A stretch of DNA of 64,000 nt from Octopus sinensis (lineage: Eukaryota), in assembly GCF_006345805.1 (NCBI RefSeq), contig NC_042997.1:163928001-163992000 (forward strand), written 5' to 3'. Numbering within the stretch: the first letter of the stretch is position 1; every line of letters begins with the position of its first letter. A program made the position numbers and the translations under genes. Positions 26,280-38,529 of the stretch are shown here, piece by piece. A model generated the notes under the pieces. That model saw nothing but the letters and a program-made list of their open reading frames with translations. It ran no database searches and was not told the DNA's origin.

Positions 26280-27352
26280 AGTTTCAAATTTTGGCTCAAG
26301 GGTAACAATTTAGGGTGGGGCTATGTCAATTACATTCACCCCAATATTCAACTGAAACTTATTTTACTGACCCCAAAAAAAGGCAAAGTCGACCTTGGTG
26401 GAAGTTAAACTCAGAATGCAAAGAGAGACAAAATACTGCTAAGCATTTTGTCTGGTGCAGTGATGATGATTCAGCCAGCTTGCCATCTTAGCCATGCTGA
26501 TCATATTCACTGCAGTACTTATTTCAATCTTGCTTTTAATTCATTAATCTCTGTTAATCAAGTTGGTAGGTCCTTTTTTATTTTGGCACAACTCTGTACT
26601 TTGACTGATGGTGTTGGGTCAAACAAAAATAAATACAAACACTTACTTATATATACATATGACAGGATTTTGCATGCTTTCTGTCTATCAAATTCCAGTT
26701 ACAACACATAAGTCAACTAAAGGATATGGTGCTAAGCAGTGGGATTAAACCTGGAACCATCTAGTTCTTCACCTCACAACCATGTCTATGTATATTACAT
26801 AGGATTGGCATCCTGAAAGACAGTTTGCTAGCAAGTATTTTGTGTTCTCTCATTATTAGCTGGTTGGTTATCGTGACTAAATCAAAAATTTTGTTGATGC
26901 CAATATAAATGAAAGCTTAATAAGGGTGCATATGAGCTGAAGAGATGTGGGTGGGGGTGAAGTAATCATGCGTGATATTGGTGTCAAATTGCATGCAGTG
27001 AGTTAGAAATAAGAATGTGTGTACTAATGACATCAAAAACAAATCTCACTAGGAAAGTTTAGGAGAGATATATTAGTCTATTGCTGCTTTGAACGTGATG
27101 ATTTTGCCAAATTTCTTAATTTTTACAGCAAGGCAGTAATATAAGTTTCAATTTTGGCACACGATCAGCAAGTTCCAGAGAAAGAATAAGTCAATTACAT
27201 CGACCCCAGTGCTCGACTAATACTTCATTTTATCAACCCTGAAAGGATGAAAGGCAAATCAACCTCAGCAGAATTTGAACTCAGAATGTAATTTCACTTG
27301 AAATGCCACTAGGCATTTTACCTAGCATGCTAATGATTCTGTCAGCTCACAG
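26280..27352 (-). mobile_element. Two degenerate SINE family B copies (26280-26490, 27145-27352)
   Basis: rc motif gaaaggatgaaaggcaaagtcgacctcggcggaatttgaactcagaa. Confidence 0.7.
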
Positions 27353-27930
27353 CCTTTGAGTAGCAAAGCAGTAATATTGTCAGATAGATGAAGATAAGTG
27401 ACATATCTAAAATTGGAGGTGGTACAGTAAAGTAAAAAAAAATGAGTGAAAAATATTTCAGAGAGTCATTGACAACAAAGGGTTTTCTTTCCTTCCCCAT
27501 GAAGACTGTGTGAAGTATATGTAAGAATTGAAATGCTGCAAGGTTGTAAAATATTGGCATTAAGTATGAAAGAATTGTGGAAACCAGAAAGAAAGAAATT
27601 AAGTATAATCCAATAGATACAAAGCATTAATGGGCATGAAAAGTAGAACACATTTGAACTGAGACAGCAGCTGGGTAGTAAATATATAAAAAGTATAAAA
27701 TGCAGTATCTAAGGAACTACTTGTAGAAATATACACATACAACATGAACAGGTGATTCCTGCTGGATGGTAAAGTTTCGATATAATGAGAGAACAAAAGA
27801 AGAAACGGAGATCAGATCAAATAATGTTGAACTTCGCTGATGAGATAGCAAAGGATTTTATGTAGGCCAGCTCACCCTGTATGAGCATGGAAAATTATGT
27901 AAAATAATTATGATGATGATGATGATAATG
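27353..27930 (+). mobile_element. Highly degraded RTE LINE fragment
   Basis: gacaacaaagggtttt, gaaagaaattaagtata and tail agcatggaaaa...gatgatgatgat homologous to other RTE copies. Confidence 0.55.
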
Positions 27931-28027
27931 AAGCATAGACACAAAACATTTTAAGGATGCTGCATTGGGTTGTTTATTATTATTATATAAAACCATCCCA
28001 TCTGGTCATATAAACAATATATACACA

Positions 28028-28410
28028 TTCTTTTACTTGTTTCAGTCATTAGACTATGGCCATTCTGGAGCACTGCCTTAAAGAAATTTTAGTCAAATGA
28101 ATCAACCCCAGAGTTTAACTTTTTAAAGTCTGGTACTTATTTTATCAATCTCTTTTGTTGAACCACTAAATTGCAAGGATGTGAACACACCAACACTGGT
28201 TGTTAAGCAGTGGTGGTGGTGGAGGGACAAACAGACAAAAACACACATATATAAGCGTCCTTCAGTTTCTATCAGCCAAATCCACTCACAAGGCTTTGGT
28301 CAACCCAAGACTATAGTAAAAGACACTTGCCCAAGGTGCTATGCAGTGGGACTGAACCCAAAACCATGTGGTTGAGAAGCAAGTTTCTTACCACATGGCC
28401 ACACCTATGT
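28028..28410 (-). mobile_element. SINE family A
   Basis: Same diagnostic motifs as the other copies. Confidence 0.85.
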
Positions 28411-28427
28411 CTATTATATATGTACAA

Positions 28428-29660
28428 TGGGGGGAGAGGTAGACCCAGGAAGACATGGGATGAGGTAGTCAAGCATGACCTCAGAGCGTTGGGCCTCACT
28501 GAGGCAATGGCGAAGGACTGAGATCTCTGGAGATGTGCTGTGACTACTAAGACCCGGGATGCTTCCGGCACCAGTTCCGCATACCCCCTGCCCATTCAAA
28601 GTACCTTGGATCCCGGAACATCTCGCTGTGCTTGAGGAGACCTGTTGAGTCAAGTGCATGTACATGAACATAGAACCAAATATCAATGGAAACAGTAGTT
28701 GTGATACCTGTGCCGGTGACACATAAAAAGCACCATCCGAACGTGGCCGTTGCCAGTGCAGCCTCGATTGGTTTCTGTGCCGGTGGCACATAAAAAGCAC
28801 CATCTGAACGTGACCGATGCCAACCCCACCTCGAATGGCTTCTGTGCCGGTGGCACATAAAAAGCACCATCCGAACGTGACCGATGCCAACCCCGCCTCG
28901 AATGGCTTCTGTGCCGGTGGCACATAAAAAGCACCATCCGAACGTGGCCGATGCCAGCACCGCCTCGACTGGCTTCTGTGCCGGTGGCACATAAAAAGCA
29001 CCAACCGATCGTGGCCAATGCCAGACCCCTCTGGCACCTGTGGCCGTTGCCAACCCCGCCTCGAATGGCTTCTGTGCCGGTGGCACATAAAAAGCACCAT
29101 CCGAACGTGACCGATGCCAACCCCACCTCGAATGGCTTCTGTGCCGGTGGCACATAAAAAGCACCATCCGAATGTGGCCGATGCCAGCACCGCCTCGACA
29201 GGCTTCTGTGCCAGTGGCACATAAAAAGCACCATCCGAACGTGACCGATGCCAACCCCGCCTCGAATGGCTTCTGTGCCGGTGGCACATAAAAAGCACCA
29301 TCCGAACGTGGCTGATGCCAGCACTGCCTCGACTGGCTTCTGTGCCAGTGGCACATAAAAAGCACCATCCAAACGTGGCCAATGCCAGCACCGCCTCAAC
29401 TGGCTTCTGTGCCGGTGTCACATAAAAAGCACCAACTGATCATGGCCGATGCCAGACCCCTCTGGCACCTGTGCAGGTGGCACGTAAAAAGCACCCACTA
29501 CACTCGCGGAGTGGTTGGCATTAGGAAGGGCATCCAGCTGTAGAAACACTGCCAGATCAGACTGGAGCCTGGAGCAGCCCCTGGCTCCCCAGACCCCGGT
29601 CGAACCGTCCAACCCGTGCTAGCGTGGAAAATGGACGTTAAACGATGATGATGATGATGA
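28428..29660 (+). mobile_element. Young 5'-truncated RTE LINE with expanded tandem array in its 3' UTR
   Basis: GRGRPRKTWDEVVKHDLRALGLTEAM, CpG-rich UTR, (GAT)n tail; possible TSD tatatatgta(c/t)aa. Confidence 0.9.
28708..29495 (+). repeat. 67-bp tandem array (11 units plus a terminal partial unit) inside the RTE 3' UTR
   Basis: Unit ctgtgccggtggcacataaaaagcaccatccgaacgtgaccgatgccaaccccgcctcgaatggctt starts at 28708, 28775, 28842, 28909, 28976, 29072, 29139, 29206, 29273, 29340, 29407 and 29468. Confidence 0.95.
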
Positions 29661-29689
29661 TATATATATATATATATATATGTATAAGT

Positions 29690-29965
29690 GGAGGCGCAAT
29701 GGCCCAGTGGTTAGGGCAGCGGACTCGCGATCATAGGATCGCAGTTTCGATTCCCATGCCGGGCGTTGTGAGTGTTTACTGAGCGAAAACACCTTAAAGC
29801 TCCACGAGGCTCCGGCAGGGGGTGGTGATCCTTGCTGTACTCTTTCACCACTCTTTCTTCTATTGGCCTGCTCGCTTAGCCAGCGGGGTGGCATCATTCG
29901 AAGGCTAAAACAATGCGATCGCATTGTGACCAGCGATGTGTAACAACATCTGATGGTCTGGTCGT
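29690..29965 (+). mobile_element. tRNA-derived SINE family C (young, CpG-rich)
   Basis: A box tggcccagtgg and B box gtttcgattcc in a tRNA-like head, followed by ~200 bp of non-tRNA body; not a bona fide tRNA. Confidence 0.8.
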
Positions 29966-30059
29966 AAAAAAAATTAAAAATATATATATATACACAGTAT
30001 ACTATAATTTTTTAAAGATATTTATAGCGGAATATTCCCCATTGTTATCTTCTGTATAT

Positions 30060-30430
30060 TTTATCGTTTACTTGTTTCAATCATTGGAATTCAGCCAAGC
30101 TGGGGCACTGCCTTAAAGGGTTTTAGTTGAACAAATCACCCCCAGTACTTATCTTTTAAGTCTGGGCTTTTTTGGCCAAACTGCTAGATTACAGGGACAT
30201 AAACAAACCAACACTGGTTACTAAGTGGGTGGGCGGCACAAGAACAAAGATGCATATACATATATGACGGGTTTCCACACAAGTACCAACTACCAAATTC
30301 TTTGACAGACATTGGTCAACCTGGAGTTATAGCAAAAGACATTTGCCTAAGGTACTGCACAATGGGACTGAACTTGATTCCAATTAGTTACAAAACAAGC
30401 TTCATAACAATATAGCTATGCATACACCTT
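30060..30430 (-). mobile_element. Degenerate SINE family A
   Basis: tttacttgtttcaatcattgg ... aagacatttgcctaaggtactgc. Confidence 0.7.
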
Positions 30431-31324
30431 TATATATATATACATATATATATATATAAAATTTCACAATAATTCAATGCTGTTTATAATCAGCATTTCA
30501 AATTTGCCAGCTATCATATAGGTTTTTCATTGCCTTCTTAAAATCAAATTAATCTTAATTACAAGAAGTGTTTTTTTGAAAATGACCCTGTACATCAAAG
30601 CATATGATATTATTAAATATAGTTTTGTTAGGATTTATCAGAAGCAGCATATACAAAAGTTAGAGAATAAAAATGTGGTAAACAATGAGCTTTGTATTGA
30701 TTTTTAAGTCAAAGAAAAGTGATAATGAGTGTCATAAATTTAGAAGCAGATACTTAGAAATAAATTAATAAGTTAACAGATTTATCATTAGGTGATTTTC
30801 TTAGAAAACTGAATCAGAAAAACACTTTTATTAATGCAAGAACACTTGGTTATTATAAGAATATTGGGAAATTTTCAGTCCAATTGTTACAAAACTGCTG
30901 TGTGTATTTGTGTGGGGTATGTGTGTTTGTGTATGTGTGTGTATGCATGCACACTTATACATAAATACACACTGCTGAAGATGACAGTGATGAATGAAGA
31001 AAATTAATTATTCAGCAAATTCAGTATTGACTGGACGAGAATTTAGGATAGAATCTTCACCTGAGCTTTATTATCAAAGGTTTCATAAATATCCAATAAA
31101 TATCAACATATCATAACCATAAGGTCATTCGTTATAATACAATTATTTGAAAATATTATTGTCATCTTATACCCAACTACAATTTTTGTAATGTCTCCTC
31201 TTCCTTCTTCAAGCAGCCTCAAATGAGATACTTTTTGCAATGCTGCACCAGGAATCTCTGTTCCTCAATAGCTTTGCTAATCCTCAGTTTTATGTTGCAT
31301 GTCTCTACCAATAACATAAATGTA

Positions 31325-31650
31325 GTGGGTTAGTGGCTTAGTGGCTAGGATATTCAGCTCACAATCATGAAGTCACAAGTTCAATTCCTGGTGGTGCATT
31401 ATGTCCTTGAGCAAGACATTTTACTTCATGTTGCTCCAGTCCACTCAGGTGGTGAAAATGAGTAGTACCTCTATTTCAGAGGGTCAGCCTTGTTACATTC
31501 TGTGTCATACTGTATTTCCTTGAGAACTATGATAAGGGTGGGTGTATCTGTGGCATGCTCAGCTACTTGCATGTTAATTTTACAAGCAGGCTGTTCCATT
31601 GGTCAGATCAACTGGAACTCTTATCGTTGTAATCAATGGAGTGCTAGTTA
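31325..31650 (+). mobile_element. tRNA-derived SINE family D
   Basis: A box gtggcttagtgg, B box aagttcaattcc, gtccttgagcaagacatttt core; partial reverse copy at 45558-45645. Confidence 0.7.
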
Positions 31651-31947
31651 ACATCAATGTAGTTGAGTGGTGTTTGTCTTCTATTAGAGTCTGAAAGTCT
31701 CCCAAATACAACGTCTGATCTTGTTCATCATGTGGGCACTGTCCAGTAAAACTTATCCTGCATTAAACAAAAACAGTAGAGATGGGTGGAATGTGTCCAT
31801 AAGTCTCCTCTTTGGTCTTGTGTTCATGACATGACATGTATACTTTGAAACCTTATGAGAAACCTGGCGTATGTACTATGAAGGTAATCATAAAGCTCCT
31901 TCCTGATAGTCGAAGTTTTAACTTCACAGAGAAGACACATGTCTTAA

Positions 31948-32350
31948 CCCTTTTGTTACCAACCCGACTGGCTCTTTAGTATAAATGTCTTGTTTTCATA
32001 AGTTTTGAATTCAAATCTTCCACCAAACCTAAGTCACAATTTATGTTCCTAACACTAGCTGAATGATAACTAAGTTATTTTACTAAATTCTTTGTTATAT
32101 TTAATGTAATTGAAAGAAACACAGAACATCTCAAAATAAATACAGTAACGAAAGGGTTAAACCTTTTGATACAAATTTGCCATTTTGAAGTGATCTAAAT
32201 TGAAACTTACCATTAAAATTTTGTGTTAAATTATGTTCCAAACACTAGCTTAATAGTGACAAATTTATTTTACAAAGTTTGTTGTTATTTTCAAAATTAA
32301 TTGAAATAAAGGCTATGTATTTCAACAGAGATATGGTAATGAAAAAGTTA
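31948..32350. mobile_element. piggyBac-type MITE P1 (31948-32156) abutting an older related copy (32161-32350) at a shared TTAA
   Basis: ttaa|ccctttt...gaaaggg|ttaa, followed by a diverged homolog ending gtaatgaaaaagttaa. Confidence 0.8.
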
Positions 32351-32929
32351 AAGTAGGCCAATCACAGCCAAGTATTGTAAGTATAATCACTATATCCAGG
32401 AAGAGATGTTTTAAATATAATAGTTGGCTTAAAAGATTACTAAGTAAGGTTCACATACAGCAAGATTTTTTAAAAAATTTAATTATTGAATTGTTCTAAA
32501 GTAATCATGCAGTTAAAAATTCCAATTTTAAAAGATGCCATCTGGAAAATGATCTCAACTCTATTGAAATTAGATTAATTACTTAACTGTATGCTGTATT
32601 TTGTAATTATTGATGCTAGTTTATTATTAATGCATCAACATTGTCTGAGAAGCAGCAGGAAGATGCTTATAATTTAATAACAAATATTCTCTGCTGTATC
32701 AGGGCAGATGAAAAACCAAATTAATTGCAAATTGCATCAGGTGAGTTGAAAGAACTGTAACACTACTTTGGTTAGAGAAGCTGCTAAGAGAGAGAGAAAA
32801 AAAAAGAAAACTATTGGTTAATATAAAACAAACTTTAGGATGCCCCACTCTCATCCACGGATAAGCAAATTGGAACTGCAAGATCTAAATACCCATGATG
32901 TTTAAAAAGAGATTTACTCTGCAGTTATT

Positions 32930-33960
32930 ATTGTTGTTTAGTCCCAAATGAGTTCTGATTGAGCAGACCTAATAATCAAAAGTCATTATAGCCCAGACTA
33001 TCCTGATCAACAGTAGCTCATATGTCCTTCCCATTTTAAAAGAAAAGAATGTAATTTGAGAGATCTGGCTGCTATTTCTAGTAGGTCAAGTGACTGCCTA
33101 AAGGCTTCTACATTGACTCGTGCTATTAGAATGTCAGTGGGTAGGTCGAACTCTTGATCATCTAACCAATTCCAGGGTTTCTTGGAGAAGATATAATCGA
33201 AATAGTTGTTTTTATTGTCTACATGACACCTGTAAGAGAAATGAATTGAACACTGGCAGTGAGTTGAGCTTACACTCCCTCTTCCTTTCTCAGAACACAT
33301 GCACATAAAATATAATTTTCTCAGAATAGGAATAAATTAAAAATAAAATGTTTCCAAACAAAAAGATAGACAGCAAATCTTTTAAAGCCTAGCCAATCTT
33401 TTTTGTAGTAACTGATAAAGAAAAGGGGCAAAATTCTTCATTTTCTGGAGTTGTTTTCCCTATGTCTATTCAACTCAAACAAACCAATGATCAAATGAAA
33501 TCCAATCATGACCAATCTATCTTTTTCCTACACAGTTTACCCAGTGCTGCATTATCTATCATATGCTCCCTTTCTTCTTTGAAAGTAGGGCATGATCTGA
33601 GTGAGGTTTAATTTCTATTTCTAGCAGATTGAGTGGCTGCATAGAGGTCCCCATCCTTTTGGTTTGAATTGTCAAATGTAATTTCTTTGGGTCATACATA
33701 AATTGACAACTAGAGACAAGACAAGTGCAAAATGAGAGAAATGACTGGGCAAGAAAATAAGAAAACTAAAGGATATCAGTTCTTATTGTCCACTCTCTGG
33801 TCAGACCTTAGATCACAAGATATTCTGACCATGACATTGCATCTGTTGTTTAGAGATGTTGCAAATCTAGAAGTACATTAGGTGCAATGTTCCTCTATTT
33901 TCAAGATGTGATTTAAAGGAGGCTTAGTGCTATTTTTTGTCAGTCAAACAACCATGTAGC
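32930..33960 (+). repeat. Cluster of three copies of an old ~200-bp dispersed repeat
   Basis: Motifs agcagacctatgatcaaa...ccatgaccat...gatttggctgctatttctagcagg recur here and near 16100(-), 24100, 24820, 37550, 37770, 42100(-) and 46750. Confidence 0.65.
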
Positions 33961-34207
33961 AGGACAGTCATTTCATTCTCAAAAACGTATCGGTCTTAAT
34001 GCTAGAGAAAATTGTCTTTTTTTTTTTATATATATTTTACTTTATAATGAAGTTATAATGTGTTAGAAATTTATGCAATAAATGACAGATTCAAAAATAT
34101 TCTTCATTACTAATTAAAATTTACCTTTTAGTTGGAGAAAGAAAAAAAAAACCTAGCAGTAATTGTTGGTGACTCTCAAAGAAAAAGGAGATAATTTCAA
34201 GAAATCG

Positions 34208-34412
34208 GTTTCAAATTTTGGTAGCAGTTTAGGAGGAGGAGTTAAGTCGATTACATCGACCCCCAGTGCTTAACTGGTACTTATTTTATTGACCGTGAAA
34301 GGATAAAAGGCAAAGTCAACTGTGGCGGAATTTGAACTCAGAATGTAAAGTCAAATGAGATGCCACTAAGCGTTTTGCCCAGCACCATAATGATTCTGTG
34401 AGATCACTGCCT
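34208..34412 (-). mobile_element. SINE family B
   Basis: taagtcgattacatcgaccc...ggcggaatttgaactcagaatg. Confidence 0.8.
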
Positions 34413-34627
34413 TATGTAATTTCAAGAAATTAAAAATAAAAAGGAGAGAAAACTATTAACCTTTTGAAGTTCATTTGTATTCTTAAAGGAAGGAAAATCT
34501 GATATTTGTTTGCAGGTAAGGGGCAATTATAGCATAGCAGAGTCCATTGAAACCTGCTTGATTAGTTGACAAACATATATTTAGATAAAGCAAAAAAAGT
34601 CACAAATAATTTCTGGCTAGCATAAGT

Positions 34628-34962
34628 TACTCTTTACTTTCTTTACTCTTTTACTTGTTTCAGTAATTTTTCTATTGGTCTCTTTTGCCGAACCGCTAAG
34701 TTACGGGGATGTAAACACACCAGCATCGGTTGTCAAGCAATGTAGGGGGGTAAAACACAGACACACAAATACACACACACAAACACACATATATATATAC
34801 AATGGGTTTTTTTCAGTTTCCATCTACCAAATCCACTCACAAGCCTTTGGTCAACCCGAGGCTATAGTAGAAGACACTTGCCCAAGGTGCCATGCAGTGG
34901 GACTGAACCCAGAACCATGTGGTTGGTAAACAAGCTACTTACCACACAGCCACTCCTATGCC
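34628..34962 (-). mobile_element. SINE family A with internal deletion
   Basis: tactcttttacttgtttcag joined directly to ttctattggtctcttttgccgaacc; intact head. Confidence 0.85.
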
Positions 34963-35033
34963 TAATTAAAAAATATTGTCTGATACACTGACCTCTTTAT
35001 CTATCTAACTGACTAAATCATATGATAGAGAAG

Positions 35034-35267
35034 TGTTGTGATGAGAGCCACGATGCCTCCTTGTGAGAAATAGATTGGACCAAACGATTATAAATAGTAG
35101 CGGTCAGTGTGAAGTTTGGTGTGTGAGTTTGAGTTGAGTTTGTAATGAAGTTGGAAGGTGTTGGTTGGTTAGTTCATTTGGAATATTGATTGTTTGTTCG
35201 TGAAGAGATTGTTGGATCATTACATTGTTATTATGGCTGCACTGATATCTTGTTTGCTGTTACAACA
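35034..35267 (+). mobile_element. Possible isolated LTR of an LTR retrotransposon
   Basis: TG...CA ends with short inverted termini tgttgtga/ttacaaca, TATAAATA at ~35088, followed by ctggt (PBS-like TGG). No TSD seen. Confidence 0.4.
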
Positions 35268-38065
35268 CTGGTACAGTGTATCTAAACCATCCATCATAAT
35301 ATCATTATGGTACCATGACATCGAAGACGGGGGATACAAGAAAAAAACAGTTCCCTTTTAAAAATATCTGGTGGTTTACTTTGGGGACATGTCTAACACT
35401 CACAGCATTTATGATATTGCAGCTATTCCTCAATTACAAGTTAGTGTCTAATGCAGGTTACACAAGGAGAAAGTGAATTCCATTAAAATTCAAGCCATTT
35501 TAAATATGTAGAACTGATAAGAATGTAAAAAAAAATTGCACAGAGTCCTCATCATTCCCACAAATTCAAATCTGAGACATATGGCTATGTATAGACAAAA
35601 TAGATAGTTTGCAGCTCAAACAATATAATATCATTTGCAGTACACAAAGCTCATAAAGATCAAATGCATTCCTCCTTTGTTAAAAAATATCTTGAAAAGA
35701 TACAAGCTTATATAATGAAGTGGTTCAGCATTATGGACAATGTATTAAATTAAAGCTGTGAATAGGAGGTGTATATTTTAACCATAACAGCTGGCACTGC
35801 TCTACAAAGTACAAGGAACCACTAATAAGTTGAAAGTAGGGCATGCACTGCAGAAGAAATCATGTCTCTTTTTGTTTCTCTTTTGTTCTTTTTGATACTT
35901 TGCTAGACCAATATTTTAGGTCAATAGACAGGAGAAAGAGTAAGAGGAGAGAAAAGAACAATGAAAGAAAACAAAAAGAAAAATATTACAAACAGTGAAG
36001 ACATTTGTAAGCTGTGTATATATCTACACAAATTGGATGTGTATTTGTGTGCATGTATGTGTGTAATGGTGCATGTGTGTGTGTGTATATGTGTAAGTAT
36101 TTATGTGCATGTATAAATGTAAATAAAGAAAAGAGAGAGAGAGTGCAAGAGAGGGAGAATTACCATAATTTCTTTAGTGTAAAAGATATGTGAAGAGAAA
36201 GTACAATGACAGTGTGTTTTAAAATTCAGTAACATATACTGCATCACCTCTTTTTTTTTTCCTTCTTGTTTTTACTTGTCTTCCTCTTTTCAACAGTCAG
36301 CTGCTCTGGTCGTCTCATCTTTCCTTAGTCACTTAGTGCTTGCTCTCATCCCTTGATGCTAACTGCTACTTCAATCCATGTCTAAATCTGCCTCATTAAA
36401 AATGATGGCACATATACAGTTAGCAAAGACCTCTATCTTCTTACTCAAACTGTAGCACATATAAAATTTTGGCTCTTCTTCATGTAGTCTTCCCTTGTGC
36501 CAATCTTATTCTTAGTTCAAAAGCCTGTCACGTTAATAATTTTCTTTCATTTTCACTTATATCACTTCAGATACCCACTTACCCAATGATCCTATATGGT
36601 CCTCCTATACTATATCTCACTTCAAAATGTTTCAAGCTTCATCTGCCTGTTACAACTTACTTCCAGGTTTTGCTTTCCCTTCTAGCTGGATAAACATATC
36701 AGCTAGCTTTCTATATAATTTCGGCTACCTCTTTTCTTTTGAGTCTAGCAAGAATATCTTTTATCACATACATACATAAAATATACAAAACCCATTACAT
36801 CTGTGAAACTGAACATGATTTGTGACAGGAAAAGAAAAATCAGAATATTAAAAACATAAAAGAAAGAAAAAATAACTGAATAAAAATGCCTTTGAAATAC
36901 AACATTTTAAAAACAGTATTGATAACACAGACAGGCAGATGGTGAGGAACACCCTCATTCAGATTCTAACAGTCATTCATGTCTTAATCAATAATCTGCA
37001 TGAAAAGAAATTGACTTTATTTTATGATAAAAATTAGGAAGAAATAATTTTTTTTTTTATTTTAGAAATACCAAAATACCAAAAAAAAAAGGAAAAAAAA
37101 TATTAAATTAAATTTTAAAGAAATGAGTTGTGCTTGTCATTTCAAATCAATAAAGGATGAATATAAAGAATGAGTAATCATTTCCGTTATCATTGAATAG
37201 AGATATAGTTTAGATTGAAAATGTAATTGGTAAACAAAATAGTGTCGAATAGAAAGAGACAGATCAAGGAAATGTGATAGTGCAGTATGTTGGGTTGAAA
37301 TATAACTATTCATACAAAGAGTTATAGTTTCATATATATTTGGTGTGTGTATGTGTGTGATTTACATCTCATTGGTTGTGAGGATAGACTGATGGACAAC
37401 TAATTACAAGGTCAGGAGTTCAAACTGCTATAAGTGATATGTTTTTGTTCAGATTCATTTCAACCCCAATAAAGTGGTCCAACAATTTCAACCCTAATAA
37501 AGTGGTCCAACAATGACTAATTTGTCCTCTTTCTTTTTTTCCTATTTTTTTTATTTTTGGATGAAGGGGCATAATGTATCCTGGACAACATTATCTGATG
37601 TGTCATTACTTTAAGATGGCAAATGTAAATTGTGAGATTTAACTGTAATTTCCAGCAAGTTTAGTGACTAGACATGAAGTTATTCTGTTGGTTGCAGACA
37701 ACCTAATAGAGAATTGGTGCAATAAAAGTCAAGTAGTTTATGGTAAGAAGATCATGTAGTTGTCATTTAGTTTCAGGGCAACTCTAGTCTGGTCAAGTTG
37801 ATCTGCAATGAAAAGCATCCAAGCCACAGCCATCCTTTCTTTTCAGACAGTGTGTATCTCAAACAACATTATCCAATATAACTTTAACCGTTTTAAAGAC
37901 AACAGTATTTAATTTGAGAGACATGGTTGCTACATTTAGCAGGTCAAATAATGATGTAGAGGTTTCAGCATTAGCTTAGATGATCTGGTTGCAAAGATAC
38001 TAACAATACAACAGTCTATATCCACCTATGAATGGAAACAGGGATGATGAGAATATATGTAAGTA

Positions 38066-38290
38066 GTAAGGTGGTGAACTGGCAGAATCATTAGCATGCC
38101 AGGCAAAATGCTTAGTGGCATTTCATCCATCTTCATGTTCTGTGTCCAAATTCTGCAGAGGTCAACTTTGCCTTTCATCCTTTCAGGGTTGATAAAATAA
38201 AATAAAATACCAGTCAAGTACTGGAGTTGATAGTATTAATAAACCTGCCTCCCTAAAATTTCTATCTTTGTGCCTATATGAGAAACAATT
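38066..38290 (+). mobile_element. SINE family B (diverged)
   Basis: ggtggtgaactggcagaatcattagcatgcc...gaggtcaactttgcctttcatcc. Confidence 0.8.
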
Positions 38291-38529
38291 ATTATTATTA
38301 TTATTAAATTTGACCACTCAGAGCAGCCTATCTTGCTCCAGTTAATTCTGTGAAAGCAGACAGCAAAGATCTCATAGGGTCTTTTTCCATGAATTATAAA
38401 ACTTGGAAATGTTCAGTATCGTGGAAGATACTTAACACTCAAATACAAATCTCAAAATCCTTGCTGTCCTCAATAAAGCAGTTTTTGAGCATGTTCTACC
38501 CTCAATTATTATTATTATCATTATTATTA

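Noticed and set aside
28414-29421. Long minus-strand ORFs (335, 273, 238 aa) with repeated Cys/His-rich motifs
   Set aside because: Antisense read-through of the 67-bp array. The unit length is not a multiple of 3, so the same three peptides rotate through all frames. The same applies to 54191-54715.
28708-29495. CRISPR-like appearance (conserved repeat plus variable part)
   Set aside because: The would-be spacers are homologous to each other, the array lies in a eukaryotic LINE UTR, and no cas genes are present.
29690-29765. tRNA gene
   Set aside because: A and B boxes are present, but the cloverleaf stems are imperfect and the sequence runs on into a SINE body.
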